Origin: an uncultured Alphaproteobacteria bacterium
GTDB taxonomy: Bacteria; Pseudomonadota; Alphaproteobacteria; Parvibaculales; Parvibaculaceae
NCBI GenBank assembly: GCA_963696585.1
Contig: CAVOKW010000035.1
Coordinates: forward strand, 77,682-141,681
DNA: 64,000 nt
Direction of reading: 5' to 3'
Shown: positions 38,980 through 48,697 of the stretch, one piece after another
How positions within the stretch are numbered: the first letter of the stretch is position 1
How the letters are laid out: every line of letters begins with the position of its first letter
Position numbers and translations under genes: made by a program
The notes under the pieces: generated by a model
Databases searched by the model: none
Seen by the model: the letters and a program-made list of their open reading frames with translations, nothing else
What the model was told of the DNA's origin: nothing

Positions 38980-39405
38980 TCAGTTGATTGAAACGAGCAT
39001 GATCTCGAAGGTGAGATCTTCGCCCGCGAGCGGGTGGTTGCCATCAAGGCGAACCATCTGATCATCCAACGCGGTGATGACGAGCGGGATTTCCTGTCCC
39101 TGTTCGCCACGCGCGGTGAGTTGCATGCCGAGTTCGAGCGGCATCTCCGGCGGAAGTTCCGTGCGCGGAACATCCTGTACCATTCGCGGATCATGCGCGC
39201 CATAAGCCTCGATGCAGGGAATGGTGAAGGTCTTGCTGTCGCCTTCATTCATGCCGAGAATTGCCGACTCAAACCCGGGAATGACCGATTGTGAGCCGAG
39301 AGCAAATTCGAGCGGGCTTGAATCGCGGCTGCTGTCGAAGACAGAACCATCGCTCAGTGTGCCGGTATAATGAATTTTGACGGTGTCGCCGCTTGTCGCT
39401 GCCAC
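38980..39405 (-). CDS. FKBP-type peptidyl-prolyl isomerase (SlyD/SlpA-like)
   Basis: VKIHYTGTL.DGSVFDSS, LDGNHPLAGEDLTFEI. Confidence 0.96.
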   Translation of the reverse strand: MAATSGDTVKIHYTGTLSDGSVFDSSRDSSPLEFALGSQSVIPGFESAILGMNEGDSKTFTIPCIEAYGAHDPRMVQDVPRTELPPEMPLELGMQLTARGEQGQEIPLVITALDDQMVRLDGNHPLAGEDLTFEIMLVSIN

Positions 39406-39574
39406 GAAAGTGCCTTTCTGCGCGCCCTTGCGGAACCTATGCGCTGTTCAGGTGAAAATAAAAAGGGCCTTCAGGCATGTGCCGGAAGACCCCCTTGAGC
39501 TGATAAATGCCCGGGACAAAGCAGAGCGTAACAGGGGCGGGAGCAGGTTTCCACCCCGACGCAGTGCGATTGAA

Positions 39575-40423
39575 TCAGAAGTGGCGGCGCCAGACCCGAC
39601 GCATTTTTGCTTCCGTTTCGGGACCGAGCGTGGTCCAGGCGGCACGGTCACGTGTGGCATCAACCACGACAATGCTGTCGGTCTTGCCGATATGACGTGA
39701 GAGATCGTTGAGCAGCATCGTGGCCGTTGCATCCGCATTGAGGCACCAGACATTCGGCGCGAGCTTGTAGGCCGGGCCTGACGACATGATGGCCTGTTCA
39801 AGCTGACCGGCATAGCGGCTCTTGATATCGGTTACGACGACGAAATTCGATGAGTCGGGTTGCTTGCGACGGTCAACCTGGCCTTTGGCCGAGCCATAAC
39901 GGCGCTCCGGCGCGTCGCTTTCGGCTGTGGTCGTGGGACCGACGGGCGTTGGCTCCTCATTCAGGCTTTCCAGCTGCGTGTCGAGTGACGGGGCCGGTGC
40001 CTGGCGCGTCGAGGATGAAATGAGGGCCTGAAGCTGCGCGACTTCACGCGACACGTCTTCAGCGACGGGCTTGTGGGCCGGTGTCTCGACGGTTTTCAAG
40101 GCTGCCCCCTCCGTTGGCGCGGTGGTTTGTGCGACGGGGGCGGCGCGACCGAAATATTCAAAGAAGGCGGGCGTGTTTTCGGCATATTGCCACATGATCG
40201 CGCCAGCGGGTGTGCCCTCAGGCGCAATCAGGCTATGGGCGGCAACGCGACCTTCCCGGATGTAGGCGGCCATGGCCTCGTATGAATAGGGGCCATAGAT
40301 GCGATCATTATATTTCAACACCCAACGCGACATGGCGCGTGGACCAGGCTGGGCGAAGCCTGAGGCTTCCCCCGACTGGTGAAGGGTGTCGTCCGATATT
40401 TTCTGCTCTTGTGCCGGTGACAT
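39575..40423 (-). CDS. GYF_2/DUF4339-like domain protein
   Basis: WVLKYNDRIYGPYS...IREGRV motif, low-complexity linker, C-terminal alpha/beta domain. Confidence 0.7.
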   Translation of the reverse strand: MSPAQEQKISDDTLHQSGEASGFAQPGPRAMSRWVLKYNDRIYGPYSYEAMAAYIREGRVAAHSLIAPEGTPAGAIMWQYAENTPAFFEYFGRAAPVAQTTAPTEGAALKTVETPAHKPVAEDVSREVAQLQALISSSTRQAPAPSLDTQLESLNEEPTPVGPTTTAESDAPERRYGSAKGQVDRRKQPDSSNFVVVTDIKSRYAGQLEQAIMSSGPAYKLAPNVWCLNADATATMLLNDLSRHIGKTDSIVVVDATRDRAAWTTLGPETEAKMRRVWRRHF

Positions 40424-40624
40424 GTTTCAGCGCATTCGCATTGTTTGCCGGGGCAGGATGCCGACCGACGAAAAAATTCCGATTTCCTGAGAATAGATGG
40501 CTTTGGTTACCGAAACGTCAAAATCGGGATGAATTGCCAGTCATGTCTGGAGACTTGTTCACAACGTCTCAAACGGGCACATTTCGAACCTTAAACCGGC
40601 AGTCCGCATAAAAAGGAGACCATA

Positions 40625-41401
40625 ATGGACAGACAGTTTTGCAAAGTGACGCGTGAGGGCCATGTGCTCATCGTGACAATGAACCGTCCCGAGCGCATGA
40701 ATGCCCTGCATCCCCCTGCGAATTTCGAGCTTGAGCAGGTGTTCGACGACTTTGCCGCCGATGATGATCTGTGGATTGCCATTATCACGGGCGAGGGTGA
40801 TCGCGCCTTTTCGGCGGGCAATGATTTGCGCTATCAGGCCGAGGGCAACAAGATCGAGATACCGAAAACCGGCTTTGCCGGGCTGACGGCGCGCTTCAAC
40901 TGCAACAAGCCGCTGATTGCTGCCGTGAATGGCATGGCGATGGGGGGCGGTTTTGAAATCGCGCTGGCATGCGACATCATTATTGCCGCCGACAGTGCCG
41001 TGTTTGCGCTGCCTGAGCCGCGCGTGGGATTGGCGGCGCTGGCCGGCGGTCTGCATCGTCTGACGCGTCAAATCCCGCTCAAGCAGGCCATGGGCATGAT
41101 CCTGACTGGACGTCGTGTCGGCGCGGCAGAAGGCCAGACCCTTGGCTTTGTCAATGAAGTGGTGCCGCAGGCCGAGCTGATGGCGGCGGCGCGGCGCTGG
41201 GCTGATTTGATGCTTGAATGCTCGCCCATGTCGCTGCGGGCGTCGAAGGAAACGGTTCGCGAAGGAATGGACAAGGCAACATTCGCGGAGGCCTATTCAA
41301 CGCCATATGAGGCCGTGAAAGCCCTGTTTCGCAGTCAGGATCTCATTGAAGGGCCGACGGCCTTTGCCCAGAAGCGCAAGCCGAACTGGACGGGCAAGTA
41401 A
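40625..41401 (+). CDS. Enoyl-CoA hydratase (CaiD-like)
   Basis: AFSAGNDL, NGMAMGGGFEIALACD, FALPEPRVG, EGPTAFAQKR. Confidence 0.95.
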   Translation: MDRQFCKVTREGHVLIVTMNRPERMNALHPPANFELEQVFDDFAADDDLWIAIITGEGDRAFSAGNDLRYQAEGNKIEIPKTGFAGLTARFNCNKPLIAAVNGMAMGGGFEIALACDIIIAADSAVFALPEPRVGLAALAGGLHRLTRQIPLKQAMGMILTGRRVGAAEGQTLGFVNEVVPQAELMAAARRWADLMLECSPMSLRASKETVREGMDKATFAEAYSTPYEAVKALFRSQDLIEGPTAFAQKRKPNWTGK

Positions 41402-41514
41402 GTCAAACCATGGCCCCCTCTCAATGCCAACCGGCCCTGCCGCGGATTACGACAGGACCGGCCTCGACAGGACCGGACCCTAAGGGGGGGCGAGGGGCTC
41501 GGTCGGGGGGCGGT

Positions 41515-41540
41515 GACGCGCGGGGTGGAACCCGCGCGTC
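41515..41540. terminator. Hairpin between convergent genes
   Basis: GACGCGCGGG-gtggaa-CCCGCGCGTC. Confidence 0.6.
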
Positions 41541-41557
41541 AATTCGGCATTGCGCGA

Positions 41558-42340
41558 TCACTTGTTGAGAGAGGAAGTCTCTCCGACCATCTGTGCTGGA
41601 CGCAGTTCCGTCAGGGTCCGGTTTTTCAGTGCCTTGTTGGCGAGAGCCGCGGTGACGAAGGGTGCGATGGTGCCCACTGGCGGCAGCGGCTGCATGGCGA
41701 TGTGACGAAAGCTGCGTTTGTCGAGATTGACCCAGATATAGGGCCGTTCACGCGACTGGCGTTTGACCCAGGTGTATGGCGTATCTACCCAGGCCACGAT
41801 CTGCCAGTTCTTGTTGTCGAGGATATATTCGCCCTTATCCGTCTCGACGACGAGTACGGCATGGCCTTCGCCGTTCCATTCGCGCACCACTGTGATCAGC
41901 AAGCTGTCGGCAGGCCAGCCGCGATCTATCAGAAGCTTCTGCTTGAGCATGGCCAGATCTTCGCAATCACCGCCCTGGGCACCGGCTACCGCCCACCATT
42001 CCGCGCGCTGATAAAGCTCATCATCCTCGCGCTGGGGTATGTTGCGATTGACATATTCATTCACTTCGTTGAGTTGCGACCAGCGCTCAGCGGTGAGTTC
42101 GGGATTTACGGGCCGATCATTGCCACCGGCGCATTGCTCGGCATTGCGCAGGCAATAGCCGATATAGCCGACGGGCGGCACGACCTGCTGGCCGACAGGC
42201 ATGGTCTCTGACATATGCTGCAACAGTGCCGGATCATTGTTCATTGCCAGCGGTGACAAGGAGGTTGTGCCGCCAGTGACGGCGCATCCACCCAGAGCGG
42301 AGACGAGAAGAACTGCTCCAACGACTTTACCGTACCACAT
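41558..42340 (-). CDS. Transglutaminase-like cysteine peptidase (BTLCP), lipoprotein-like signal
   Basis: GDCEDLAMLK, GHAVLVV, YILDN; LGGC lipobox-like motif. Confidence 0.92.
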   Translation of the reverse strand: MWYGKVVGAVLLVSALGGCAVTGGTTSLSPLAMNNDPALLQHMSETMPVGQQVVPPVGYIGYCLRNAEQCAGGNDRPVNPELTAERWSQLNEVNEYVNRNIPQREDDELYQRAEWWAVAGAQGGDCEDLAMLKQKLLIDRGWPADSLLITVVREWNGEGHAVLVVETDKGEYILDNKNWQIVAWVDTPYTWVKRQSRERPYIWVNLDKRSFRHIAMQPLPPVGTIAPFVTAALANKALKNRTLTELRPAQMVGETSSLNK

Positions 42341-42702
42341 TTCAGTCCACCCAGATATTCAACTCTATGATGTGGAAGGTGGCAGGCAGAAGTGAGAGTG
42401 TCTTTAAATGAGATGGTCCAATTTTATTTGAATTAGCACCAGCTTTGAGACGAGTTTACCTAAAACTTTAACGGCTCGAATTTGAAGGAGTACGTAACGT
42501 TTTCTTCATCAAGCAAGTGCCGTGAAAGTCTCGATTTTTCGCGTGCTGATGGTTTGCCGATTGCACCAGTTCATTCAGAATGGTCACGATTTATGCGCTC
42601 AAATTGGCGCATAATTTTTTTTGATCCCGGCCTTCGGACCAAAGAAAAATCGCCAGATCGGGGATCTGGCGACTCGAAATCTCTCAGGTGGTGGCGCGTT
42701 GT

Positions 42703-43335
42703 TCAGCCGAAGGGGCGCGAAAGGGCGCTGGCGCGTTCGGGAATTTCCGTAAATTCGATGGCGATGCCTTCGATCGTATGGCGCACGATGCGGCCCTTCA
42801 TGCGGCCAATCGAGACATTGGTGCCAAGCGGTGGCTTGATTTCCGTGGCGACATTGGCGCCGCCGAGCGACATGTCAACGATACGGCAGGGCGCCGTGCG
42901 ACCATCGGGCAGGGTCACGACCGAGCCTTCCTCAATGCCCGCCTCTTTTGGCGCATAGCGCGGAAAGGCGCGCTTGGCCGCGATATCCTCCGGCGATTGC
43001 CCCCTGGCGATGGAATCAAGTTTGGCCTGCAAGCGCTCACGGCGCGGTCCGCTGATTGCCGTGGCAATGGCAAAGCCACCGTCGAATGATCGGGCGACAA
43101 CGCCTTCAAAGCGGCCAAAATCTTCGAGATAGATGATGATGTTGTCGCCAATGCTGACGAGCACGTCGCTATTGAGCGCGATGCCGCCAAGCGACATGTC
43201 CCGGATCGAGCATTCATGCTCGGTTCCATCAGTCGCCAAGAAGCGCCCTTTCGCAGAAACTGCGATTCGGGGATGCTGGCGGCGTTCGTGACCCTCAGGC
43301 TGCATATTTTCGACCGATGGCTGGCTTTGTGTCAT
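42703..43335 (-). CDS. Tandem PilZ-domain protein
   Basis: ERRQHPR/DMSLGG and KRAFPR/DMSLGG. Confidence 0.93.
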   Translation of the reverse strand: MTQSQPSVENMQPEGHERRQHPRIAVSAKGRFLATDGTEHECSIRDMSLGGIALNSDVLVSIGDNIIIYLEDFGRFEGVVARSFDGGFAIATAISGPRRERLQAKLDSIARGQSPEDIAAKRAFPRYAPKEAGIEEGSVVTLPDGRTAPCRIVDMSLGGANVATEIKPPLGTNVSIGRMKGRIVRHTIEGIAIEFTEIPERASALSRPFG

Positions 43336-43626
43336 GGCGTGAGCAATTCGTCATTTCCAGAGACTCACAATAGCGCTCACAAGGTTAATGAATGTCTACT
43401 TTCCAATGCCCGTAAAACAGAAATTTCTCCAATCTGGTGGACGGGTGAGAGGGTGGGCAGGGCATACACTTGCAAAATTGACGCTTGCGTCATGATTTTG
43501 GATTGCCGAGAATGAGCCGCATCAGATCATGAGGTGGCGGGCTTTCCTGTTTTTGACAGAACAGCGTGATTGCATCGGACCCGTAACAAAAACGATAACC
43601 GGATCTGTTAAGGTCCAGGAGTACAC

Positions 43627-45270
43627 ATGAGCAGCTTTGATTACATCATCATTGGCGCTGGCAGCGCCGGGTGCGTATTGGCGAACCGTCTGTCGGAAAA
43701 TCCCGCCAACAAGGTTCTGTTGCTGGAAGCTGGCGGCAAAGACAAGAACTTCATGATCCATATGCCTGCGGGTCTGGCGAGCCTGATCGGCGGCGGCAAG
43801 GAAAACTGGTGCTACGAAACCGAAGGCCAGCCGCATATGAACAACCGGCGCCTGTTCTGGCCGCGCGGCAAGGTACTGGGCGGCTCCTCGTCGATCAATG
43901 GCATGATCTATATTCGCGGCCATGCGCGCGACTATGACATGTGGCGTCAGATGGGTCTGGAAGGCTGGGGTTTTGGCGATGTGCTGCCCTATTTCCGGCG
44001 CTCCGAAGGCAACGAGAACGGCAATAGCGCCTTTCATGGCGGTGAAGGTCCGCTCGGTGTCACCAATGTACGCAAAACAAATGTGCTGTTTGATGCCTTC
44101 GTTGAAGCCGGCAAGCAGGCGGGTCATGCCTATACGGATGACTTCAATGGTCCCCAGCAAGAAGGTGTGGGCCCTTACCAGCTCACCATCAAGGACGGCA
44201 AGCGTTGCAGTGCGGCTGTCGGCTATCTCGTGCCAGCCCTTTCACGCGACAATCTTTCCGTTGAAGTCGAGGCGCTGACCTCGCGTGTTCTCTTTGAAGG
44301 CAAAAAGGCCGTTGGCGTTGAATATGTGCAGGGTGGTGTCACCAAGACGGTGCGCGCCAGCCGCGAGGTCATCATTTCGGGCGGCGCCGTGAATTCGCCG
44401 CAGGTGTTGATGCTGTCGGGCATTGGCGATGGCGACTATCTGAAGAAATTCGGCATTGATGTCGTCGCCCATCTGCCCGGTGTCGGCCAGAACCTGCAGG
44501 ACCATCTTGATGCGGCCGTGATTTATGAATGCAAGCTGCCGATCACGCTGCACAGCCAGACAAATCCGTTCCGTCAGATTTTGACGGGGATGCAATACGT
44601 CTTCTTCAAGTCGGGTCTGGCAGCTTCCAACGGTCTTGAATCGGGTGCTTTCCTGAAAACACGCTCGGAACTTGAAGTGCCTGATATTCAGCTGCATTTC
44701 GTGGCCGCCATGATGCGTGACCATGCGCGCATGAAGTCGGATCGCCATGGCTTCACGATCCATATCTGCCAGCTGCGCCCGGAAAGCCGCGGCTTTATCG
44801 GTCTCAAGAGTCCAAAGCCTGGCGACCATGCCTTGATTCAGCCGAACTATCTGGCGGCTGAATATGATCGCAAGGTGATGCGTGATGGCACGCGCATGGT
44901 GCGCAACATCATCGGCCAGCGGGCGATGGACGTTTATCGCGGGCCGGAAGTCTGGCCGGGTGCCGACAAGCAGAGCGATGCCGAAATTGATGGCTGGATC
45001 CGCGAGACTGCCGAGACGATCTACCACCCCGTGGGCACGGCCAAGATGGGTGTTGACCCGATGGCGGTTGTTGACGCGCGTTGCCGCGTGCATGGCATTG
45101 AAGGCTTGCGCGTGGTGGACGCGTCAGTCATGCCGACCCTTGTGGGTGGCAATACCAACGCGCCGACCATCATGATCGCCGAGAAGATTTCGGATGATAT
45201 TCTGGGACGCGCAGCGCTGCCGTCGGAAAATGTCACGATCGCCGAAGATCGCGTTGGCGCCGCTGCTTAA
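43627..45270 (+). CDS. GMC oxidoreductase (choline dehydrogenase/AlkJ-like)
   Basis: [51 protein letters not shown]. Confidence 0.96.
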   Translation: MSSFDYIIIGAGSAGCVLANRLSENPANKVLLLEAGGKDKNFMIHMPAGLASLIGGGKENWCYETEGQPHMNNRRLFWPRGKVLGGSSSINGMIYIRGHARDYDMWRQMGLEGWGFGDVLPYFRRSEGNENGNSAFHGGEGPLGVTNVRKTNVLFDAFVEAGKQAGHAYTDDFNGPQQEGVGPYQLTIKDGKRCSAAVGYLVPALSRDNLSVEVEALTSRVLFEGKKAVGVEYVQGGVTKTVRASREVIISGGAVNSPQVLMLSGIGDGDYLKKFGIDVVAHLPGVGQNLQDHLDAAVIYECKLPITLHSQTNPFRQILTGMQYVFFKSGLAASNGLESGAFLKTRSELEVPDIQLHFVAAMMRDHARMKSDRHGFTIHICQLRPESRGFIGLKSPKPGDHALIQPNYLAAEYDRKVMRDGTRMVRNIIGQRAMDVYRGPEVWPGADKQSDAEIDGWIRETAETIYHPVGTAKMGVDPMAVVDARCRVHGIEGLRVVDASVMPTLVGGNTNAPTIMIAEKISDDILGRAALPSENVTIAEDRVGAAA

Positions 45271-45288
45271 GCGGCGCCCGCGAGGGCG

Positions 45289-45963
45289 TTATTTGTGATC
45301 TTCCGTGCGGTGGATCGCTGATTTGACGAGCCGCAGATAAGAACGCTCCGAACGCATGGGCGGGCGGCGCATCGCCATATTGGCAATGGTGCCTGACGCA
45401 ATGACGGGTGGTTTTTCGCGCATGATGCGACGGGCCACCGATTCAGCCTTGTATTCGCGCTTTGGCATTTTTTCCGGATTGAGAATCTGGAGACGGTCGA
45501 TCCATTGGCGTGCCAGAAGATGGTCGCCGATCCAGGCATGCTGTTCGGCGGGAACGGCCGCGCCGAGAATACGTGCGATGGCCCCATTTTCGGCGGCAAG
45601 CGGCATCAGGATCATTTCGAAGGCCGCTTCACGCTGCTGGCTTGTGGCAGCGGTATATTCGACGATGGCGATGTTGGCGGCACCGGTCACGTCTTCCAGC
45701 GCGTGCTTGATATTGTCGAGACAATCATCCTGCCACATGGAGAGAATGTTGTGGCCGCGGAACTCCATGCCGTAGGCACTGCACAGGCCGGTTCCTGCCA
45801 GACGGAAGGCATAGGACCAATCGTCCTGTCGCTCCAGAATGAACACATAGGGCAGGAGGCGCTTGATATCGCCGGGCTCGATTTCGCTGCGCTTGGGCGC
45901 GAGACGGCCAGCGCGCATGGCGTTCCAGTAATCAAACAGCGCCTGATTTGTCTTGTGTTTCAT
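45289..45963 (-). CDS. PAS_5-like domain protein
   Basis: LFDYWNAMRAGRLAPKRSEIEP, FRLAGTGLC, FEMILMPL. Confidence 0.85.
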   Translation of the reverse strand: MKHKTNQALFDYWNAMRAGRLAPKRSEIEPGDIKRLLPYVFILERQDDWSYAFRLAGTGLCSAYGMEFRGHNILSMWQDDCLDNIKHALEDVTGAANIAIVEYTAATSQQREAAFEMILMPLAAENGAIARILGAAVPAEQHAWIGDHLLARQWIDRLQILNPEKMPKREYKAESVARRIMREKPPVIASGTIANMAMRRPPMRSERSYLRLVKSAIHRTEDHK

Positions 45964-46164
45964 GCCCGTCACGTCCCCTGCCGCAATCAACTGTTGCCGT
46001 AAGCGCTGCCGGGTCGAGCGCTCGCCCGCGTCTGCCCGGTGGCTCTGAGGCCCGATGGTCTGTACCGTTTCGGGCCTTGTCCTTTACCTGTCGTCCCGCT
46101 TTGGCTGTGGCGTATCGATCCGATACGGGGATGAGCGCGTCGCCTTGCGGTTATCATGGCTGGA

Positions 46165-46179
46165 GCAGAAAGCGTGCCA
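46165..46179 (-). promoter_or_regulatory. Candidate sigma54 promoter for the PAS gene
   Basis: TGGCAC-GCTTT-CTGC (GG-N10-GC). Confidence 0.55.
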
Positions 46180-46317
46180 GATGTTAATGGCAGTTATGCG
46201 AAATCATTGTCACAGTCTCATTTCTGTACAAATTAATTCAATTAAAACAGTACGTTAGATTTTTTTCGCTGACAATTTCAAGCGCATTAAAACGTTAATT
46301 TTCCATCCGCCGCGTTG

Positions 46318-46332
46318 TGGCGCAAGGTTTGC
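46318..46332 (+). promoter_or_regulatory. Candidate sigma54 promoter for the Asn-rich gene
   Basis: TGGCGC-AAGGT-TTGC (GG-N10-GC). Confidence 0.65.
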
Positions 46333-46471
46333 GAGGGAGGTAATGGCTCAGGATTAGTCACTCTCGCATGTACCATGCGCGAATTTGCTGCGGCACATCT
46401 TTCGCATTGTGGGAGCGGGAGTCCCTGATTTTAGCAGGACAGCGTGCCCAATTGGGGCCGGGAGTGTCACG

Positions 46472-47506
46472 ATGAAACAGTTTTCAAAATATCTGGCAGG
46501 CGCATCGGTTGCCGTCGTGTTGGGCGCGGGGCTTTTTGCCTTTGCGGGCATGACCCCGGCCTATGCGGGCAGCAGCGGTTGCGACACAGGATGTCAGCCG
46601 CCTCCACCCCCGCCCGCCGATGATTGCGGCTGTGATGGTGGCGGTCACGATGACGGCGGCGGCGACGGCGACAGTCATGGTCATGGTGGCGGCAGCGGCA
46701 GCAACTCCAACGCCAATACGAACATCAACAAGAACACCAACATCAATGACAACACCAACACAAATAACAACAACAACACGAACAACAACACCAACACGAA
46801 CAACAACAATGTCGAAGTGAACAACGAGATCAATATTGACGTCACTGTTGATGCGAGCAGCAGCTCGAACAGCGATAGCAGCAGCAACAGTTCATCGTCC
46901 TCTTCAGCGCAGGCGGCCGCAGATGCAGCGGCGCAGAGCCAGGTCAGCAATGCGACCAGCACATCCTCGCGTCGCAATGCGTTGTTTGGCGATGAAGTTC
47001 GTGGTGCGGGTGGCACGGTCTATCAGGCGCCGCGTCCCCAGATTTCGATGGGACCGATTGTTGTTGTGGAGCGTCAGAGCAAACGTGGCCTGCGGCCTGT
47101 GAAGGGCGTCTGCCTTGATGCCAAAGGCGGTGAAGATACGGCGTTTCTGTCGGTTGACGACAAGCGCGTCGATATCAGCAAGGGCCGTGGCGAGCTGATG
47201 TATTGCCGTTCCGGCGAAACGCTGGTCGCGACGGTTGGCGTGATGACGCAAGATGATGGCGCGGCGCCCGATTATACGGGTGGCTATGTCATTGAATGTC
47301 AGGATGGCGAAACGCTGAACTATGGCGACGAGGGCCGACTGGCCTGTGTGGCGGGCGGACGTCATGCCGCCGGTGCCTCGCGGGCACATGGTCTGGCTGG
47401 CGGTCGCTATGCCGAGCTGTTCCTGACCAAGGAAAGCATTGAGGAGAGCGCCTCTGCCGTCACCTATGCGGGCGCGACGACCTTTAGTGGCGGTGTCGGC
47501 TACTGA
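46472..47506 (+). CDS. Secreted protein with Asn/Thr ladder, Ser/Ala tract and Cys-containing C-terminal domain
   Basis: GGGAG RBS; signal peptide ending AYA; NSNANTNINKNTNINDNTNTNNNNNT...; four Cys in the C-domain. Confidence 0.85.
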   Translation: MKQFSKYLAGASVAVVLGAGLFAFAGMTPAYAGSSGCDTGCQPPPPPPADDCGCDGGGHDDGGGDGDSHGHGGGSGSNSNANTNINKNTNINDNTNTNNNNNTNNNTNTNNNNVEVNNEINIDVTVDASSSSNSDSSSNSSSSSSAQAAADAAAQSQVSNATSTSSRRNALFGDEVRGAGGTVYQAPRPQISMGPIVVVERQSKRGLRPVKGVCLDAKGGEDTAFLSVDDKRVDISKGRGELMYCRSGETLVATVGVMTQDDGAAPDYTGGYVIECQDGETLNYGDEGRLACVAGGRHAAGASRAHGLAGGRYAELFLTKESIEESASAVTYAGATTFSGGVGY

Positions 47507-47527
47507 TCCGGTCAACAGGGCTGATTG

Positions 47528-47557
47528 AACGGGGAGGGCGAAAGCTCTCCCCGTTTT
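47528..47557 (+). terminator. Intrinsic terminator
   Basis: AACGGGGAGGGC-gaaa-GCTCTCCCCGTT-TTT. Confidence 0.85.
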
Positions 47558-47607
47558 TGTTTTGTCGCAGCCTCAGACGCGTTCCAGCCGATCACACCGG
47601 GGCCGAC

Positions 47608-48496
47608 CTTGAAGGCTGTAAAGACGTGGATGGCCCGAACAAGTCGGACCATGACGATGTTGACAGGATTGCGTCTTGTCCGGGTCAAGCCCGGCCATGA
47701 CTGTGGCATGGATCCCGGGAGTGAATCCCGGGATGACAGACTTATAATCCGTCATGCCCCGCTTCAGGCGGGGCATCCACGACTTGAAGGCTGTAAAGAC
47801 GTGGATGGCCCGAACAAGTCGGACCATGACGATGTTGACAGGATTGCGTCTTGTCCGGGTCAAGCCTGGCCATGACAAGTGGCATGGATCCCGGGAATGA
47901 ATCCCGGGATGACAGACTTATAATCCGTCATGCCCCGCTTCAGGCGGGGCATCCACGACTTGAAGGCTGTAAAGACGTGGATGGCCCGAACAAGTCGGAC
48001 CATGACGATGTTGACAGGATTGCGTCTTGTCCGGGTCAAGCCTGGCCATGACAAGTGGCATGGATCCCGGGAATAAATCCCGGGATGACGCTTGAAAACA
48101 ATGGGCGTCATGCCCCGCTTCAGGCGGGGCATCCACGACTTGAAGGCTGTAAAGACGTGGATGGCCCGAACAAGTCGGACCATGACGATGTTGACAGGAT
48201 TGCGTCTTGTCCGGGTCAAGCCTGGCCATGACTGTGGCATGGATCCCGGGAATGAATCCCGGGATGACAGACTTATAATCCGTCATGCCCCGCTTCAGGC
48301 GGGGCATCCACGACTTGAAGGCTGTAAAGACGTGGATGGCCCGAACAAGTCGGACCATGACGATGTTGACAGGATTGCGTCTTGTCCGGGTCAAGCCTGG
48401 CCATGACTGTGGCATGGATCCCGGGAATAAATCCCGGGATGACAGACTTAAAATAATGGGCGTCATGCCCCGCTTCAGGCGGGGCATCCACGACTT
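47608..48496. repeat. Tandem array of five 175-180-bp REP-mosaic units
   Basis: CTTGAAGGCTGTAAAG starts at 47608, 47783, 47959, 48139 and 48314; four GTCAT/ATGAC-type hairpins per unit. Confidence 0.97.
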
Positions 48497-48524
48497 CTGT
48501 TGTCACTCCGGTGTGATTTGTCAG

Positions 48525-48614
48525 CCCCCTCACCCGCGCTCGCGTTGCTCGCTTGCCCTCTCCCCTCAGGGGAGAGGGAGAGACGGACCGCAAGGTCCGG
48601 CGAGGGTGAGGGGT
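48525..48614. repeat. CCCTCACCC/GGGAGAGGG-type palindromic element
   Basis: Near-identical reverse complement of 28064-28152. Confidence 0.85.
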
Positions 48615-48636
48615 CCATGCCTTCAACAACACGCAC

Positions 48637-48669
48637 AAAAAAAGAGGAAGGCTTCGAGCCTTCCTCTTT
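48637..48669 (-). terminator. Intrinsic terminator of hfaB-like gene
   Basis: AAAGAGGAAGGCT-tcg-AGCCTTCCTCTTT preceded by an A run (T run on minus strand). Confidence 0.85.
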
Positions 48670-48697
48670 GTACTGACAGACTGTCGAAGGTCACGTG

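Noticed and set aside
42400-42480. Full CtrA boxes (TTAA-N7-TTAA) upstream of the BTLCP, PilZ and Asn-rich genes
   Set aside because: Only half-sites or wrong spacing (N4, N5, N8) found
43458-43478. sigma54 promoter upstream of the GMC oxidoreductase (GGCATACACTTGC)
   Set aside because: Lacks the TGG start and is one base short of canonical spacing from the GGCA core
47608-48496. CRISPR array
   Set aside because: Units are near-identical over their whole length with no unique spacers; the repeat is far too long; no cas genes or leader in the window
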